A stretch of 64,000 nucleotides of DNA from Blastocatellia bacterium (lineage in GTDB: Bacteria; Acidobacteriota; Blastocatellia; Chloracidobacteriales; JADJPF01): positions 114,989 through 178,988 of the forward strand of contig JADJPF010000011.1 of the NCBI GenBank assembly GCA_016713405.1, read 5' to 3'. A program made the position numbers and the translations under genes. Shown here in pieces: positions 28,722 through 38,728 of this stretch. How positions within the stretch are numbered: position 1 is the first letter of the stretch; every line of letters starts with the position of its first letter. The notes beneath the pieces were generated by a model. It had not been told where the DNA came from. It ran no database searches and saw nothing but the letters and a program-made list of their open reading frames with translations.

Positions 28722-30794
28722 ATGGCTATTCGTATCAACGAGAACCAAAACACCCCAATAATTAGCAATAATGAAACTCAAAGCCCCCAACAAACACAAC
28801 AAACACAAACTACAACACATTCAGCCATTAATGAACGTCCTGATTCTGGGCGAGATAGCAGACTACAAGGACAATTTAGTCAATCTCGTACAAACATAGA
28901 TGCTCAGCGTGTACTTGGACAAATTAACCAAGGCTTAAATAACCCCACAAATACAGATGATTATCGTCCTATTCGTAATGCTTCTGTTAGTAATATTCCA
29001 ATGGCTGCCGATGTTGTAGATCGTCGTTTAAGCAATTTAGTTTCTAATCGTCCAGCACGAAATATGCCTGCAACAGCAGATTTAGTTAGCCGTAGCAATA
29101 GCCCCCGTGAAGCAACAAAAACAATTTCTCTTTCTGCTCAACCAAATTCCCAAATCAGAGATTTACAATCTGTAAGCTCAACAATTGATGTTGCAGATGA
29201 TGTAAATATTAGCCAAGTAAAAGTAAATATTGATATTGCACACACTTATCAAGGTGATTTAGTTGTTAAATTACGTTCTCCAGAAGGTAAAGAAGTCACC
29301 TTACATAATCGCACAGGTGGCTCAGCAGATAATTTAGTATTTGAAGCTAACCCAGCAGACTTTAACGGTTTAAGCAGCAAAGGCGCGTGGTCAGTAGTAG
29401 TTGAAGACAAAGCTAACCAAGATACAGGAACATTTAAGTCATGGAATCTTTCAATTACTGGCGAGCCAAAAAATGTCACACCACCAACAGGTGGCACAAT
29501 AACTAAAACTGCTACACCAAATGCAGCTGTCAAAGATAATCAAACAACCACTTCATTTATTGACATTACAGATGAAGGACAGATTGAAAATCTAAAAGTA
29601 AACCTAGACATTGCACATACTTATCAAGGTGACTTAGTTGTAAAGCTAAAATCACCATCAGGTAAAGAAGTAGTGCTACATAATAAAACAGGTGGAAGCA
29701 CAGATAATTTACAATTAGATTTGGATCGCACAGAATTTGCTAATGAACCTGTAAAGGGGCGTTGGACATTGACTGTAGAAGATACAGCCCGACAAGATGA
29801 AGGAGTATTAAAATCTTGGGGCTTGGCACTAAAAACTAAAGGCACAACTCCACCACCTCCACCACCTCCACCACAACAAGGACGCGAAGTTGTAGTTGCT
29901 GTTTTTGATGGTGGTGTAGATTATAACCACACAGATTTAGACGGCAATATGTGGGTTAATCGTCGTGAAGTTGCTGGAGATGGAATTGATAATGATAACA
30001 ATGGTGTTGTAGACGATGTGTTTGGTATAAATACTAGCAATAACACAGGAGATCCATTTAAGGGTTCAGGTACAGATCATGGAACTCACGTAGCAGGTAT
30101 TATTGCTGCTGAGGATAATGGAACAGGTACAACAGGAGTTGCAGCTAAATCTAATGTAAAAATTATGAGCGTTGGCGGTATGTATGATGGTGCTGGCACA
30201 CGCGACTTATTAGATAATTTTGAAGCTGGTGTTAATTATGTAGTTAAAATGAAAGAACAAGGTGTTAATGTTCGAGTAATTAATTGTAGCTTTGCTAAGA
30301 TTTATGACGATCCAGCTTCACAAGCTCGTTGGAATGCCGCACTTGATAAACTAGCTGCTGCTGACATTATGTTAGTTGCTTCTGGTGGTAACACAGGCAG
30401 AAACGTTAATGACTTAAACCGTTTTCCAAATAATGCTAGACAGCCAAATATTCTTACCGTAGCAGCACTTGATACAACTGGTGGCAAACTAGCAAGCTTT
30501 TCCTCTTTTGGGGACAGAGTTGTAGAGCTTGCAGCACCAGGTGAAAAAATTCTTTCTACCGTTCCTGGAAATAAATATGAAGAATTTGATGGTACTTCAA
30601 TGGCAGCACCCCACGTTGCTGCTGCTGCATCAATTTTATTCTCTAAATATCCAACTATGACCGCAGTGCAAGCACGAGAAATTATTTTATCTACTGTTGA
30701 ACTTGACCCAGACCTAGAAGGCAAAGTCAGCACTAAAGGTAAATTAGATATTGCTGCTGCTGTTGCTAAAGCTGATGCAATGTTTGGTGCTTAA
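28722..30794 (+). CDS. Subtilisin-family (S8) serine protease preceded by two tandem proprotein-convertase P-domains.
   Basis: Two units of about 105 aa (29148-29469 and 29520-29847) share DIAHTYQGDLVVKL.SP.GKEV.LHN.TGGS.DNL...KSW.L. A PPPPPPPP linker follows. S8 triad blocks are VAVFDGGVD, HGTHVAGII and GTSMAAPHVA. Confidence 0.88.
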   Translation: MAIRINENQNTPIISNNETQSPQQTQQTQTTTHSAINERPDSGRDSRLQGQFSQSRTNIDAQRVLGQINQGLNNPTNTDDYRPIRNASVSNIPMAADVVDRRLSNLVSNRPARNMPATADLVSRSNSPREATKTISLSAQPNSQIRDLQSVSSTIDVADDVNISQVKVNIDIAHTYQGDLVVKLRSPEGKEVTLHNRTGGSADNLVFEANPADFNGLSSKGAWSVVVEDKANQDTGTFKSWNLSITGEPKNVTPPTGGTITKTATPNAAVKDNQTTTSFIDITDEGQIENLKVNLDIAHTYQGDLVVKLKSPSGKEVVLHNKTGGSTDNLQLDLDRTEFANEPVKGRWTLTVEDTARQDEGVLKSWGLALKTKGTTPPPPPPPPQQGREVVVAVFDGGVDYNHTDLDGNMWVNRREVAGDGIDNDNNGVVDDVFGINTSNNTGDPFKGSGTDHGTHVAGIIAAEDNGTGTTGVAAKSNVKIMSVGGMYDGAGTRDLLDNFEAGVNYVVKMKEQGVNVRVINCSFAKIYDDPASQARWNAALDKLAAADIMLVASGGNTGRNVNDLNRFPNNARQPNILTVAALDTTGGKLASFSSFGDRVVELAAPGEKILSTVPGNKYEEFDGTSMAAPHVAAAASILFSKYPTMTAVQAREIILSTVELDPDLEGKVSTKGKLDIAAAVAKADAMFGA

Positions 30795-30826
30795 ATCTGC
30801 TAACCAAAAAATAAATCTAGTATAAA

Positions 30827-30860
30827 AGAAGTCTCCTAATTTGGGAGACTTCTTTATTTA
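30827..30860 (+). terminator. Rho-independent terminator.
   Basis: AGAAGTCTCC-(7 nt)-GGAGACTTCT followed by TTATTT. Confidence 0.75.
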
Positions 30861-30890
30861 GGTTATAAATTATTAAAAATAGGATTATTT

Positions 30891-31295
30891 ATGGATAAGA
30901 ATGTTAGTTTAGAAACTTTATTAGCTGCTCCAAAAAATATAGAAATAAATGGAAATACTTATAGCCTTCAAGCTTATTTGTGGCGGAATTTAATGCCAGG
31001 CGAAGACACTAAAGACGGCTTACAAGCCTTAGTTCAGCTTGTTGCAGAAGGCCAAGAATCCTTTCCTTCAGAGGTTAATGCTATTTATCTTTGGGTAATT
31101 AAAGAACAAGAAGTTTGGCAAACAGAGTTTTTAACAGAAGAACGCACCGCGCCAGAAAAAAATCAATTGGAAAAATTAGCTGTTGGCGGGCCAAACTGGA
31201 CAGGAGAAGTTACTGTAGTAGTTGAAATTTATACAACTAATAATGATAAATATTTGCTTCAAAGTCCTAATCAAAAAATTCATAAAGTATTTTAG
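30891..31295 (+). CDS. Hypothetical 134-aa protein.
   Basis: This is an ORF only, immediately downstream of the S8 protease terminator. Confidence 0.5.
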   Translation: MDKNVSLETLLAAPKNIEINGNTYSLQAYLWRNLMPGEDTKDGLQALVQLVAEGQESFPSEVNAIYLWVIKEQEVWQTEFLTEERTAPEKNQLEKLAVGGPNWTGEVTVVVEIYTTNNDKYLLQSPNQKIHKVF

Positions 31296-31566
31296 TAGAT
31301 CTAAAACGATCTAAATTCTAGAAATTCGCTTGGAAGTTTAACAAAATAAGCGACTTTTAGATATTAAAATAGCTAATAATCTTCTTTAACCAAACACTCT
31401 TAACTAAGTGTTAAAAAGTGGTTTATTAAAAATAAGGGAAAATTAACTGGGAATAAATATCTTGCCAAAATTTTATTAATCTGAATAATTAGGCATAGTT
31501 AATCCTAAAAACACACCTTAAAAACCAAGAATTATAAAATTTTATTTAAGGAGTAGCTCTCTATTG

Positions 31567-32298
31567 ATGAAGCAACAGGGTAGAAGTCTAAAATACTATT
31601 TAGCCAGTGCTGCGGGATTTGCTATTGGATTTGCTACGGTTATTTCTCCATTTGCTTATTATGAAGTAAAAGCAAGTGATGTTATTTACCAAAGTAAAAA
31701 TAAATTAATAAGTTCTTTTAATAAAAATTTAATGGTAGCATCAGTAAAAAATCTTACTGAAGAGAAAGTTTTGTCTCCTATAGAGCAAAATAATAAAAAC
31801 AACCTTGATTTAGTTGTTGAAAAATTACCAGAAACAAATTCTTTAAGAATAGAAGAAAAATCTTCTCAAAGAATAGATTTAGAAGCTAAAGAAGAACCAA
31901 CAATAGAAGAAGTTCTTTCAGATACATTGAAGTTTGCTAACCGTTTACGTAATGGTAAAAGAGTTAAAATGGTTGCTACAGCTTATTGTCTTAAAGGAAC
32001 CACTGCATCAGGAGTAACTAGCAAATATGGAATTATTGCTGCTGATCCAGCATATTTACCTATAGGTTCTATAGTTCGTGTACAAGTAGGTGGATATACA
32101 GGACTTTATAGCGTATTAGATACAGGAGCAAAAATTAAAGGTAGAAAAATAGATGTTTACCTTGCTAGTGGTAAGGAAGCTATGCAGTTTGGTCGAAGAG
32201 ATGTGATGCTGCAAGTTTTGCGCTATGGTTGGAATCCTCAAACTTGTAGCGATGTACTTTTAGATGAAAAGAAATCTCTTAACGCCTCTATTAAATAA
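31567..32298 (+). CDS. 3D-domain (MltA/YabE-like cell-wall-binding) protein.
   Basis: N-terminal TM/signal segment. C-terminal VKMVATAYC..GTTASGV....GIIAADPAYLPIGSIVRV....GLYSVLDTGAKIKGRKIDVYL is the 3D domain. Confidence 0.8.
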   Translation: MKQQGRSLKYYLASAAGFAIGFATVISPFAYYEVKASDVIYQSKNKLISSFNKNLMVASVKNLTEEKVLSPIEQNNKNNLDLVVEKLPETNSLRIEEKSSQRIDLEAKEEPTIEEVLSDTLKFANRLRNGKRVKMVATAYCLKGTTASGVTSKYGIIAADPAYLPIGSIVRVQVGGYTGLYSVLDTGAKIKGRKIDVYLASGKEAMQFGRRDVMLQVLRYGWNPQTCSDVLLDEKKSLNASIK

Positions 32299-32328
32299 TT
32301 CATTGTGAACCTGTTTACCAAAACTAAA

Positions 32329-32365
32329 GGCCAAGTAACTTAAATTACTTGGCCGTCTTTATTTT
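32329..32365. terminator. Bidirectional terminator hairpin between convergent genes.
   Basis: GGCCAAGTAA-CTTAAA-TTACTTGGCC followed by GTCTTTATTTT. The 3' arm overlaps the stop codon of the minus-strand gene. Confidence 0.65.
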
Positions 32366-32833
32366 GTTAACTCTTATTAATTCTTTTTGTAGGCTTTCAA
32401 ATCCTCGCTGCATTGCCCAGTGATGATTCCAAGAAAATATTGGTTTAGCAATAAAAGAAAAGTAACGTAACAATGGCTTTTCTGCCAAAATATGCCAATC
32501 AAACTGAACTTTAGTAATTTTTCCTTCTTGAGAAAGCGTCCAAATTCCCCGTCCAACAAAATCACCTGTGGCTTTAATTTCCATAGAAGTTGGGGCATTA
32601 AATGCTGTTACTTCTGCTGTCCATTTTAATGTATAAGGAAGCCATCCTTTAGTATGAAAATAAATTTTATCTCCTACGCGGTCTGCTCGTCCTGATTTTT
32701 CTGCTTTTGCTGCTAAATAAACATCAGGCCACCAACGTGGTAAGTCAGCACCATTTTCTATTATTTGAAAAATTGCTTCTATTGAGCCTTCAACTTGCCA
32801 ATTAGTAAAAAAATGATATTCGTTAATAGACAT
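32345..32833 (-). CDS. SRPBCC (polyketide cyclase/START-like) family protein.
   Basis: Size and pattern (..W..V.G..E.....I......WWP..Y........G......G.........G.LPY.L.W...V) are typical of SRPBCC family members. Confidence 0.6.
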   Translation of the reverse strand: MSINEYHFFTNWQVEGSIEAIFQIIENGADLPRWWPDVYLAAKAEKSGRADRVGDKIYFHTKGWLPYTLKWTAEVTAFNAPTSMEIKATGDFVGRGIWTLSQEGKITKVQFDWHILAEKPLLRYFSFIAKPIFSWNHHWAMQRGFESLQKELIRVNKIKTAK

Positions 32834-32847
32834 TTGTATTAGTAAAA

Positions 32848-34239
32848 TTAAACTAGTATTTTATAATAGGTAGTTTGTAAAGCAAATAATACCCCTCTAA
32901 GTTGATCAACTAGGGTTTTTAGCTCATAAAATGTATCACGATCAGGGAAAGTATTGCTTTTTAGATCTGCTTGGGCAATGGAAATAACATTGCTAAGGTC
33001 TGTTATGCTATTTAAAAGTTCTTGAAAAAGATTTTCTACTCCTGGGCCTATTTCTTGTGTTTCTACCGTATCAGCAGAAGTAGCTTTTAGAAAGTTTGCC
33101 TCTAATCCTCCAGTAGAAAACCGAGAAACAGAATCAGAAATATTTACAGCACTACCAGGCTGGGAAGTAAGTAAAAGGGCTGCTTCTAAATCATGTTCTG
33201 AAGCATCCATAAAAACTTTTTGTAGCTCATGTTCAGTAACAGCTTTAATAGCTGCTGTTAACTCTTGGCTTAGTTCTCTAGGATTTTGGGGTCTATCAGC
33301 GGGTTTTTTAGCTAATGTGTGCATTACTACAGCATTTACAATAGCAGGTAAGCCAGATTTGGCTTCATAAATAGGTTTTGGCTTTTCTGATATATGTTTC
33401 ATTACAATAATACCAGCTTTTTTACCATCAAATGGAAAAACACCTGTAAGCATACGATAAATTATTATTCCTAATGAATAAATATCTGACCGGGTATCAA
33501 CTTCTAGACCTCCACATTGTTCTGGCGACATATAAAAAGGAGTGCCAACAACAAACCCTGCTTGTGTTAAACGGGTTGCTTCTTCTTCATCATCAACTTT
33601 ACCTAAAAACCTAGCAATACCAAAATCTACTAGTTTAACGATTTCTCTATCCTCATCTTTATGAAAGAAAATATTATCTGGTTTAAGATCTCTATGAACA
33701 ATGCTATGGTCATGAGCAATTGCTAAAGCATTACAAATTTGCTGGATTACACTGTTAGTTTCTTGTAAAGAAAAAGTACCTTTAGATACTAGGCGTTGTT
33801 CTAAAGTATCTCCCTGTAGTAATTCCATAACTACATAAACAGTTTTAGTTTCAATTCCACTAATTTTAAAATCGCCAATAGACTTTTCTGGCATTTTAAT
33901 TTTTGTAACACCAAAATCCATTATTGCAATAGCATTGGTGTGACGTATTTTCATTGTTAGCAGTGCTTCACGTCGAAAACGTTCTACAGCTTTAGGATCA
34001 TTAGCTAAATGGGGATGAATAATTTTTATTGCTACAGGGGCATTTAATTGTATATGAATGGCTTTATAAACCATTCCTGTACCACCACGAGCAATTTTAG
34101 ATTCAATTTTATATTTACCATCTATTTCTAGGGCAATAAAGGGATCGTCTGGTTCAACTGAAACTAGTCTTTGTCCGTCAAAAACACAGAAAGTATTAGA
34201 ATCTTCATATGCACGTTTACATTCAATACACTGTTTCAT
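32848..34239 (-). CDS. Ser/Thr protein kinase with an N-terminal Cys-rich motif.
   Basis: MKQCIECKRAY....FCVFDGQRL, then Hanks motifs GGTGMVYKA, AIK, HRDLKPDN, DFGIA, GTPFYMSPE. Confidence 0.9.
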   Translation of the reverse strand: MKQCIECKRAYEDSNTFCVFDGQRLVSVEPDDPFIALEIDGKYKIESKIARGGTGMVYKAIHIQLNAPVAIKIIHPHLANDPKAVERFRREALLTMKIRHTNAIAIMDFGVTKIKMPEKSIGDFKISGIETKTVYVVMELLQGDTLEQRLVSKGTFSLQETNSVIQQICNALAIAHDHSIVHRDLKPDNIFFHKDEDREIVKLVDFGIARFLGKVDDEEEATRLTQAGFVVGTPFYMSPEQCGGLEVDTRSDIYSLGIIIYRMLTGVFPFDGKKAGIIVMKHISEKPKPIYEAKSGLPAIVNAVVMHTLAKKPADRPQNPRELSQELTAAIKAVTEHELQKVFMDASEHDLEAALLLTSQPGSAVNISDSVSRFSTGGLEANFLKATSADTVETQEIGPGVENLFQELLNSITDLSNVISIAQADLKSNTFPDRDTFYELKTLVDQLRGVLFALQTTYYKILV

Positions 34240-34355
34240 GGCTAAATCAAAACCCTAAAAATTAGAGTCCCTTTTTCTATTTTATATTTGCCACTTTTTT
34301 TGGGCAAATTCTAATTAATTAATGAATCGAAGATAACTAAATCCTTAACTTAATG

Positions 34356-34452
34356 TATTAGACATTATCAGGAATAGCATTTTAGAAAAATTTTGATATT
34401 GATTTATAAGCACTTAGATTGCTTATTTCTTTATTCCCAATAATGTCTATTG
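34356..34452. repeat. Family-2 MITE-like element, copy 2.
   Basis: Terminal inverted repeats are TAGACATTATCAGGAATA (34360-34377) and TATTCCCAATAATGTCTA (34432-34449). It abuts or overlaps the left end of family-1 copy B. Confidence 0.6.
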
Positions 34453-34724
34453 TAAACAAAGTTTTCTGAGATTTTATTTCTTAACGCCCCAACGGGGCGG
34501 CATATTTGTAGCGTAGGGTTTCAACCCTACGTATGATAGTATAGTATTTATAGAGTCACGTAGTGACGACATAATTTAAATATTGTGTTAATTATGTCGT
34601 CACTACGCGACTCTAGCTATGTATAATCACTAAGCTTAGGTCTTACGGCCTAGGCTACAATTATTTCGTCCCCTCAGGACTCAAGAAATTCAAGAAATAT
34701 TAACTTACTTAGTTTACGCTATAC
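34445..34724. repeat. Family-1 modular hairpin repeat, copy B, with an extra 25-bp-arm hairpin.
   Basis: It shares the AGTTTT..GA.ATTTTATTTCTTAA.GCCCCA...GGGCG.......TGTAGC.TAGGGTTTCAACCCTA.G module with copy A. The right end is CTTAGTTTACGCTATAC. An inverted repeat (34552-34576 and 34590-34614) has 1 mismatch. Confidence 0.75.
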
Positions 34725-34898
34725 TTAATGTATTGTAATTTCTTAAAACATCACTAATCTAATAAACCTTTAAACTTTACTATTTATTATTGAAAAGTCA
34801 ATTATTAAGCTATAGAAAAAAGTATTTAATTTTTTTCTTAAGTGAATAAAATTACTATAAGTTAGCAAAATATTAATGTTTTATTGGTGACACAAAGA

Positions 34899-36536
34899 TC
34901 AAAAATCTACCAATAAAGAACTAACAAAAGGTGACAAATTAGTAATTTGATAATCTTGATTAAAAATACTAGATTTTTCACTTTTCATATCATAAGGATT
35001 AATTATTTCACGTACTGAAAAATCTAAAGCATTATTTTCATTTGCAAAGATCTTAAAATTAAGTGACCCTCTTGTATAAACTAAGTTATACCAACAAACT
35101 TCCTTACGTAATAAGATAATCTTTGCTCGTCGAGTTAAAGATTGTCTTAAATTTATATCTAATAAATTAAAAGTTGGATTAGAAAAATCTTGTGGGGTAA
35201 GGCTTTCTTCATAATTGCTTGTTAAATCAGTATTTAGAAATACATAAAATGGAAGTAAATTATTAACTTGATAGGACATATGAAAGCTACTAGGTTTTTC
35301 TTTAGTAATATGAGATAAACTAAGAATCTCTCTTACTAAAAAATCACTAGGATTATTTTCATGTGCAAAAAGCCTAAAGAGACGATTATCTTTACCAAAA
35401 ACTAAGTTATACCAACAAGCTTCTTTTTTTAGAAGTAATATTTCTGCATGCCCTAGAAGTGCTTGACGAATAGTAACATTTAGTAAACCATAAGTACTAT
35501 TATATCTAGCATATTCAGGAACCAAATTTTCTTCAGTTAATTTATTAGTTAAAATTGCTTTAACTGGTTGTGTTGGGACGGTGGTAGATTTTATTCCCAT
35601 ACCAATTTCTAGTTCTGTAACAAACTGTTCAATTGTTGAAGTTCGTTCTTCCCTATTACGAGCAAGCCCCGCCATTATTGCACTTTCTACTTCTTTAGGT
35701 AGTTTTATATTAGGATTAATTAGGCTAGGGGGCTGAGGATTATGTAGAAGGCGGCTAATCATAGTTGTTTGGGAACTTTCTATTGGAAAAGGTAAAGCTC
35801 CTGTTAGCATTTGGTAAACAATTAATGCAAAACTATAAATATCAGTACGAATATCTAGTTTATCTCCACTAACCTGTTCTGGAGACATATAAGCAGGTGT
35901 TCCCATAACTAAACCTGCATTGGTTAAGTCACTATCTTCAGTAGAAAATTTAGCAATACCAAAATCTAAAACCTCTATCCAATCTCGACCATTATCATTA
36001 CAAATCATTATGTTATCGGGTTTAAGGTCACGATGGATAATATTTTTGCTGTGTGCATCAGCCAAAGCAGCAGCAGATTGCTTACAAATTTCAATTACTC
36101 TATCTAAAGGTAGAGGGCCTTCACGACGTAAAATTGAAGAAAGGGTTTCACCTTCAACAAATTCCATTACTAAATAAAACATACCATCAGTAGTTTTACC
36201 AAAATCATAAACTCCAATGGCATGAGGATCTTTTAGTAATGCAGATAGTTTTGCTTCTCTTTCAAATCGTTCTAAAGCTTCAGTATTTTGGGCAAATTCA
36301 GGAGGGATTACTTTTATTGCACAAAGCCGGCCCATTCTTACATGTTCAGCCTTATAAACTGCTCCCATTCCACCTTGTCCTATTTTGCTTAGGATCTTAA
36401 ATTTTGCGTCTAGCCAAGTGCCTACTAAAGGATCAATGGATGCAGTTTTTTCTAATGACTTTAGCCTACTACCATCTTGGCCGCAAAAGGTTGCATTACT
36501 TTGGTATTGTGTTTGACACTCTGGGCAAACTTTCAT
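34899..36536 (-). CDS. Ser/Thr protein kinase with an N-terminal Cys motif and two tandem C-terminal domains of about 90 aa of unknown function.
   Basis: MKVCPECQTQY....FCGQDGSRL. Hanks motifs GQGGMGAVYKA, AIK, HRDLKPDN, DFGIA, GTPAYMSPE. The C-terminal repeat (aa about 345-435 and 453-540) shares RQ.L...A.I.LL.KE.CWYNLV......F..FA.ENN..DF.VREI. Confidence 0.9.
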   Translation of the reverse strand: MKVCPECQTQYQSNATFCGQDGSRLKSLEKTASIDPLVGTWLDAKFKILSKIGQGGMGAVYKAEHVRMGRLCAIKVIPPEFAQNTEALERFEREAKLSALLKDPHAIGVYDFGKTTDGMFYLVMEFVEGETLSSILRREGPLPLDRVIEICKQSAAALADAHSKNIIHRDLKPDNIMICNDNGRDWIEVLDFGIAKFSTEDSDLTNAGLVMGTPAYMSPEQVSGDKLDIRTDIYSFALIVYQMLTGALPFPIESSQTTMISRLLHNPQPPSLINPNIKLPKEVESAIMAGLARNREERTSTIEQFVTELEIGMGIKSTTVPTQPVKAILTNKLTEENLVPEYARYNSTYGLLNVTIRQALLGHAEILLLKKEACWYNLVFGKDNRLFRLFAHENNPSDFLVREILSLSHITKEKPSSFHMSYQVNNLLPFYVFLNTDLTSNYEESLTPQDFSNPTFNLLDINLRQSLTRRAKIILLRKEVCWYNLVYTRGSLNFKIFANENNALDFSVREIINPYDMKSEKSSIFNQDYQITNLSPFVSSLLVDF

Positions 36537-36544
36537 ATTTTAGA

Positions 36545-37438
36545 TTAGGCTATTTTATATAGTTTATTTTTTTGTTTATGTTTTAAGGCTTCTAGTAAGA
36601 AATTTTCAAAAATAATTCGCCCATCTCGGCTATCATTGCGGTGTTCCCAACGAGTAGGCAACTTATTCCAATCTTCAAAAGATTTTTCTAAATGGTATTG
36701 TACCGTATAAATTAATTGGTTATCAGTTCGCTTAACCATCATTTGATAGGGGCAAAGATAACTTTTTGCCAAATTAACAAAACCTGCTGGAATTTTATCA
36801 ATCATTAGCCCATGATTTTGCCAAACTCTTAAAACATGTTGGTGACTACCTGCTTGCCAAAACCGGGAATTAACATCATCCAAACCTACAAAAATAGGAT
36901 CATCTGGCTTTATTACTCTAACATAATGATATTCATATTCTCTAATTCGCCCATTTCTTTTTTCTTTAGGTAATAAACCATCTAGTGTCACAATGTTAGC
37001 ACCAAAACTTAAGCCTATTAATTGATGTCCCCCACAAATGCCTAAAATTGGTACTGTTGTTTTTTGGATAATATTAGCAAAACCTTTTAGTAGTTCTGGG
37101 CTGTAAAGATCCCAATCCCTTAAAGAGCCGCTAATGATAATTGCGTCAGGGTTAAACATCTCTATAACATTTTCGCTAAAATCAGAAAGATGGACAATTT
37201 TGGTACGGCTATTTTTTATTAATGTAAGTACATTTCTAGTAATATTTTCTAGTGCTAGTCCAGCAATATGACGCTCTTCTCTCAACCATTTTAGGGGGTT
37301 AAAGTCTGCTTCTTGTACTGCTGTTGGGGAAATATCTGATTCAGACTTAAGTAAATTATCAATGATCATTACATTCATTGACTCTACCTTTGGTTTAAAT
37401 GGCTCATAATCACAATAATTTTTCATTTGTACAGGCAT
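36545..37438 (-). CDS. Class I glutamine amidotransferase-like protein.
   Basis: VPILGICGGHQLIG nucleophile elbow, and a later YHLE candidate for the His/Glu pair. It ends 8 nt before the kinase start, which suggests co-transcription. Confidence 0.7.
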   Translation of the reverse strand: MPVQMKNYCDYEPFKPKVESMNVMIIDNLLKSESDISPTAVQEADFNPLKWLREERHIAGLALENITRNVLTLIKNSRTKIVHLSDFSENVIEMFNPDAIIISGSLRDWDLYSPELLKGFANIIQKTTVPILGICGGHQLIGLSFGANIVTLDGLLPKEKRNGRIREYEYHYVRVIKPDDPIFVGLDDVNSRFWQAGSHQHVLRVWQNHGLMIDKIPAGFVNLAKSYLCPYQMMVKRTDNQLIYTVQYHLEKSFEDWNKLPTRWEHRNDSRDGRIIFENFLLEALKHKQKNKLYKIA

Positions 37439-37499
37439 AAATTACCCTCCTGGACTAAAAACATACTTAATTTGGGGTCAATTAAATTTTTCTTTTATC

Positions 37500-38705
37500 T
37501 TACTTAATTAATTTTTCTACGCAAGCATTTATTCTTTCAATGGCACGCTTTAATATATCTAGCGAAGTAGCATAGGAAATACGCAAATAGCCTTCACTAC
37601 CAAAAGCAGATCCAGCAGTTAGAGCAACATGTGCTTGTGTTAGTAAATATTCTGCTAAAGCATCTGAAGTTTTGATCTTTTCATTGCTTGCTAAAACTTT
37701 TTTTATGTTTGGAAAAGCATAAAACGCACCTTCAGGTTCAACACATTCAAAACCTGCAATTGAATTTAATGCTGGAATTAAATAATCTCTCCGCTTTTTA
37801 TACTCTGCTAGCATTTCTACTACGCTATCTTGTGGGCTAACTAATGCTGCTATAGCCGCTTTTTGTCCAATAGAAGAAGGATTAGAGGTTGAATGGCTTT
37901 GTACTTTAACCATTTCTGCTATCCAATCCTTAGGCCCAAGTGCATAACCAAGTCGCCAGCCTGTCATTGCATAAGTCTTAGAAAATGAACCACATATTAG
38001 TGTATTAGCTCTTAAATCTTCTCTTAAACTTGCTGCTGAAAAGGGTCTTTCTGGAGGATAAACAAATTGGTAATAACACTCATCTGATAATAACCAAATA
38101 TTGTTTTTTGCTGCCAGTTCTGCAATAGCTACAAATTCTTTTTGGTCAATAACTCTTCCTGATGGATTAGATGGCGAATTAAGAATTAATAGTTTAGTAC
38201 GAGGGCTAATATAATTAGCAACCATTTCTTTAGTTAACTGGAAATTATTGATTTCAGTGTCAATAATTACAGTTTTTCCTTGGGCGAGAGTAACAATTTC
38301 AGGAAAAGTTACCCAATAAGGAGCAGGTAGTAATACTTCATCGCCTGGATTAATCAATGTCAAAATAGCATTAAAAATAGCTTGTTTTCCACCAGCCGAC
38401 ACCACTATTTCAGAAGGATGATATTCTGTATTAGTTTCCTGGCTAAAATACTTAATAATCGCATCTTTTATTTCTTTAGTTCCTGCCGCGGGGGTGTAAC
38501 GAGTGAAATTGTCAGTTATTGCTTGATGGGCTGCTTGTTTAATATGTTCTGGAGTATTAAAGTCTGGCTCACCTGCGCCTAGATCAATTACATCATATCC
38601 AGCACGACGCAAACTATCCGCCTTTTGCAATACGGCTAAAGTAGATGATGCCGACATTTTTGCAACACGTGTGGAAGGAACAAACTTAGAAATACTTGAG
38701 GACAT
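37500..38705 (-). CDS. Aspartate/aromatic aminotransferase (class I PLP).
   Basis: DLGAGEPDF, NSPSNPSG, SFSKTYAMTGWRLGY (PLP lysine) and RISYA. Confidence 0.9.
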   Translation of the reverse strand: MSSSISKFVPSTRVAKMSASSTLAVLQKADSLRRAGYDVIDLGAGEPDFNTPEHIKQAAHQAITDNFTRYTPAAGTKEIKDAIIKYFSQETNTEYHPSEIVVSAGGKQAIFNAILTLINPGDEVLLPAPYWVTFPEIVTLAQGKTVIIDTEINNFQLTKEMVANYISPRTKLLILNSPSNPSGRVIDQKEFVAIAELAAKNNIWLLSDECYYQFVYPPERPFSAASLREDLRANTLICGSFSKTYAMTGWRLGYALGPKDWIAEMVKVQSHSTSNPSSIGQKAAIAALVSPQDSVVEMLAEYKKRRDYLIPALNSIAGFECVEPEGAFYAFPNIKKVLASNEKIKTSDALAEYLLTQAHVALTAGSAFGSEGYLRISYATSLDILKRAIERINACVEKLIK

Positions 38706-38728
38706 TAATTTAACCTTTCAAAATAAAC

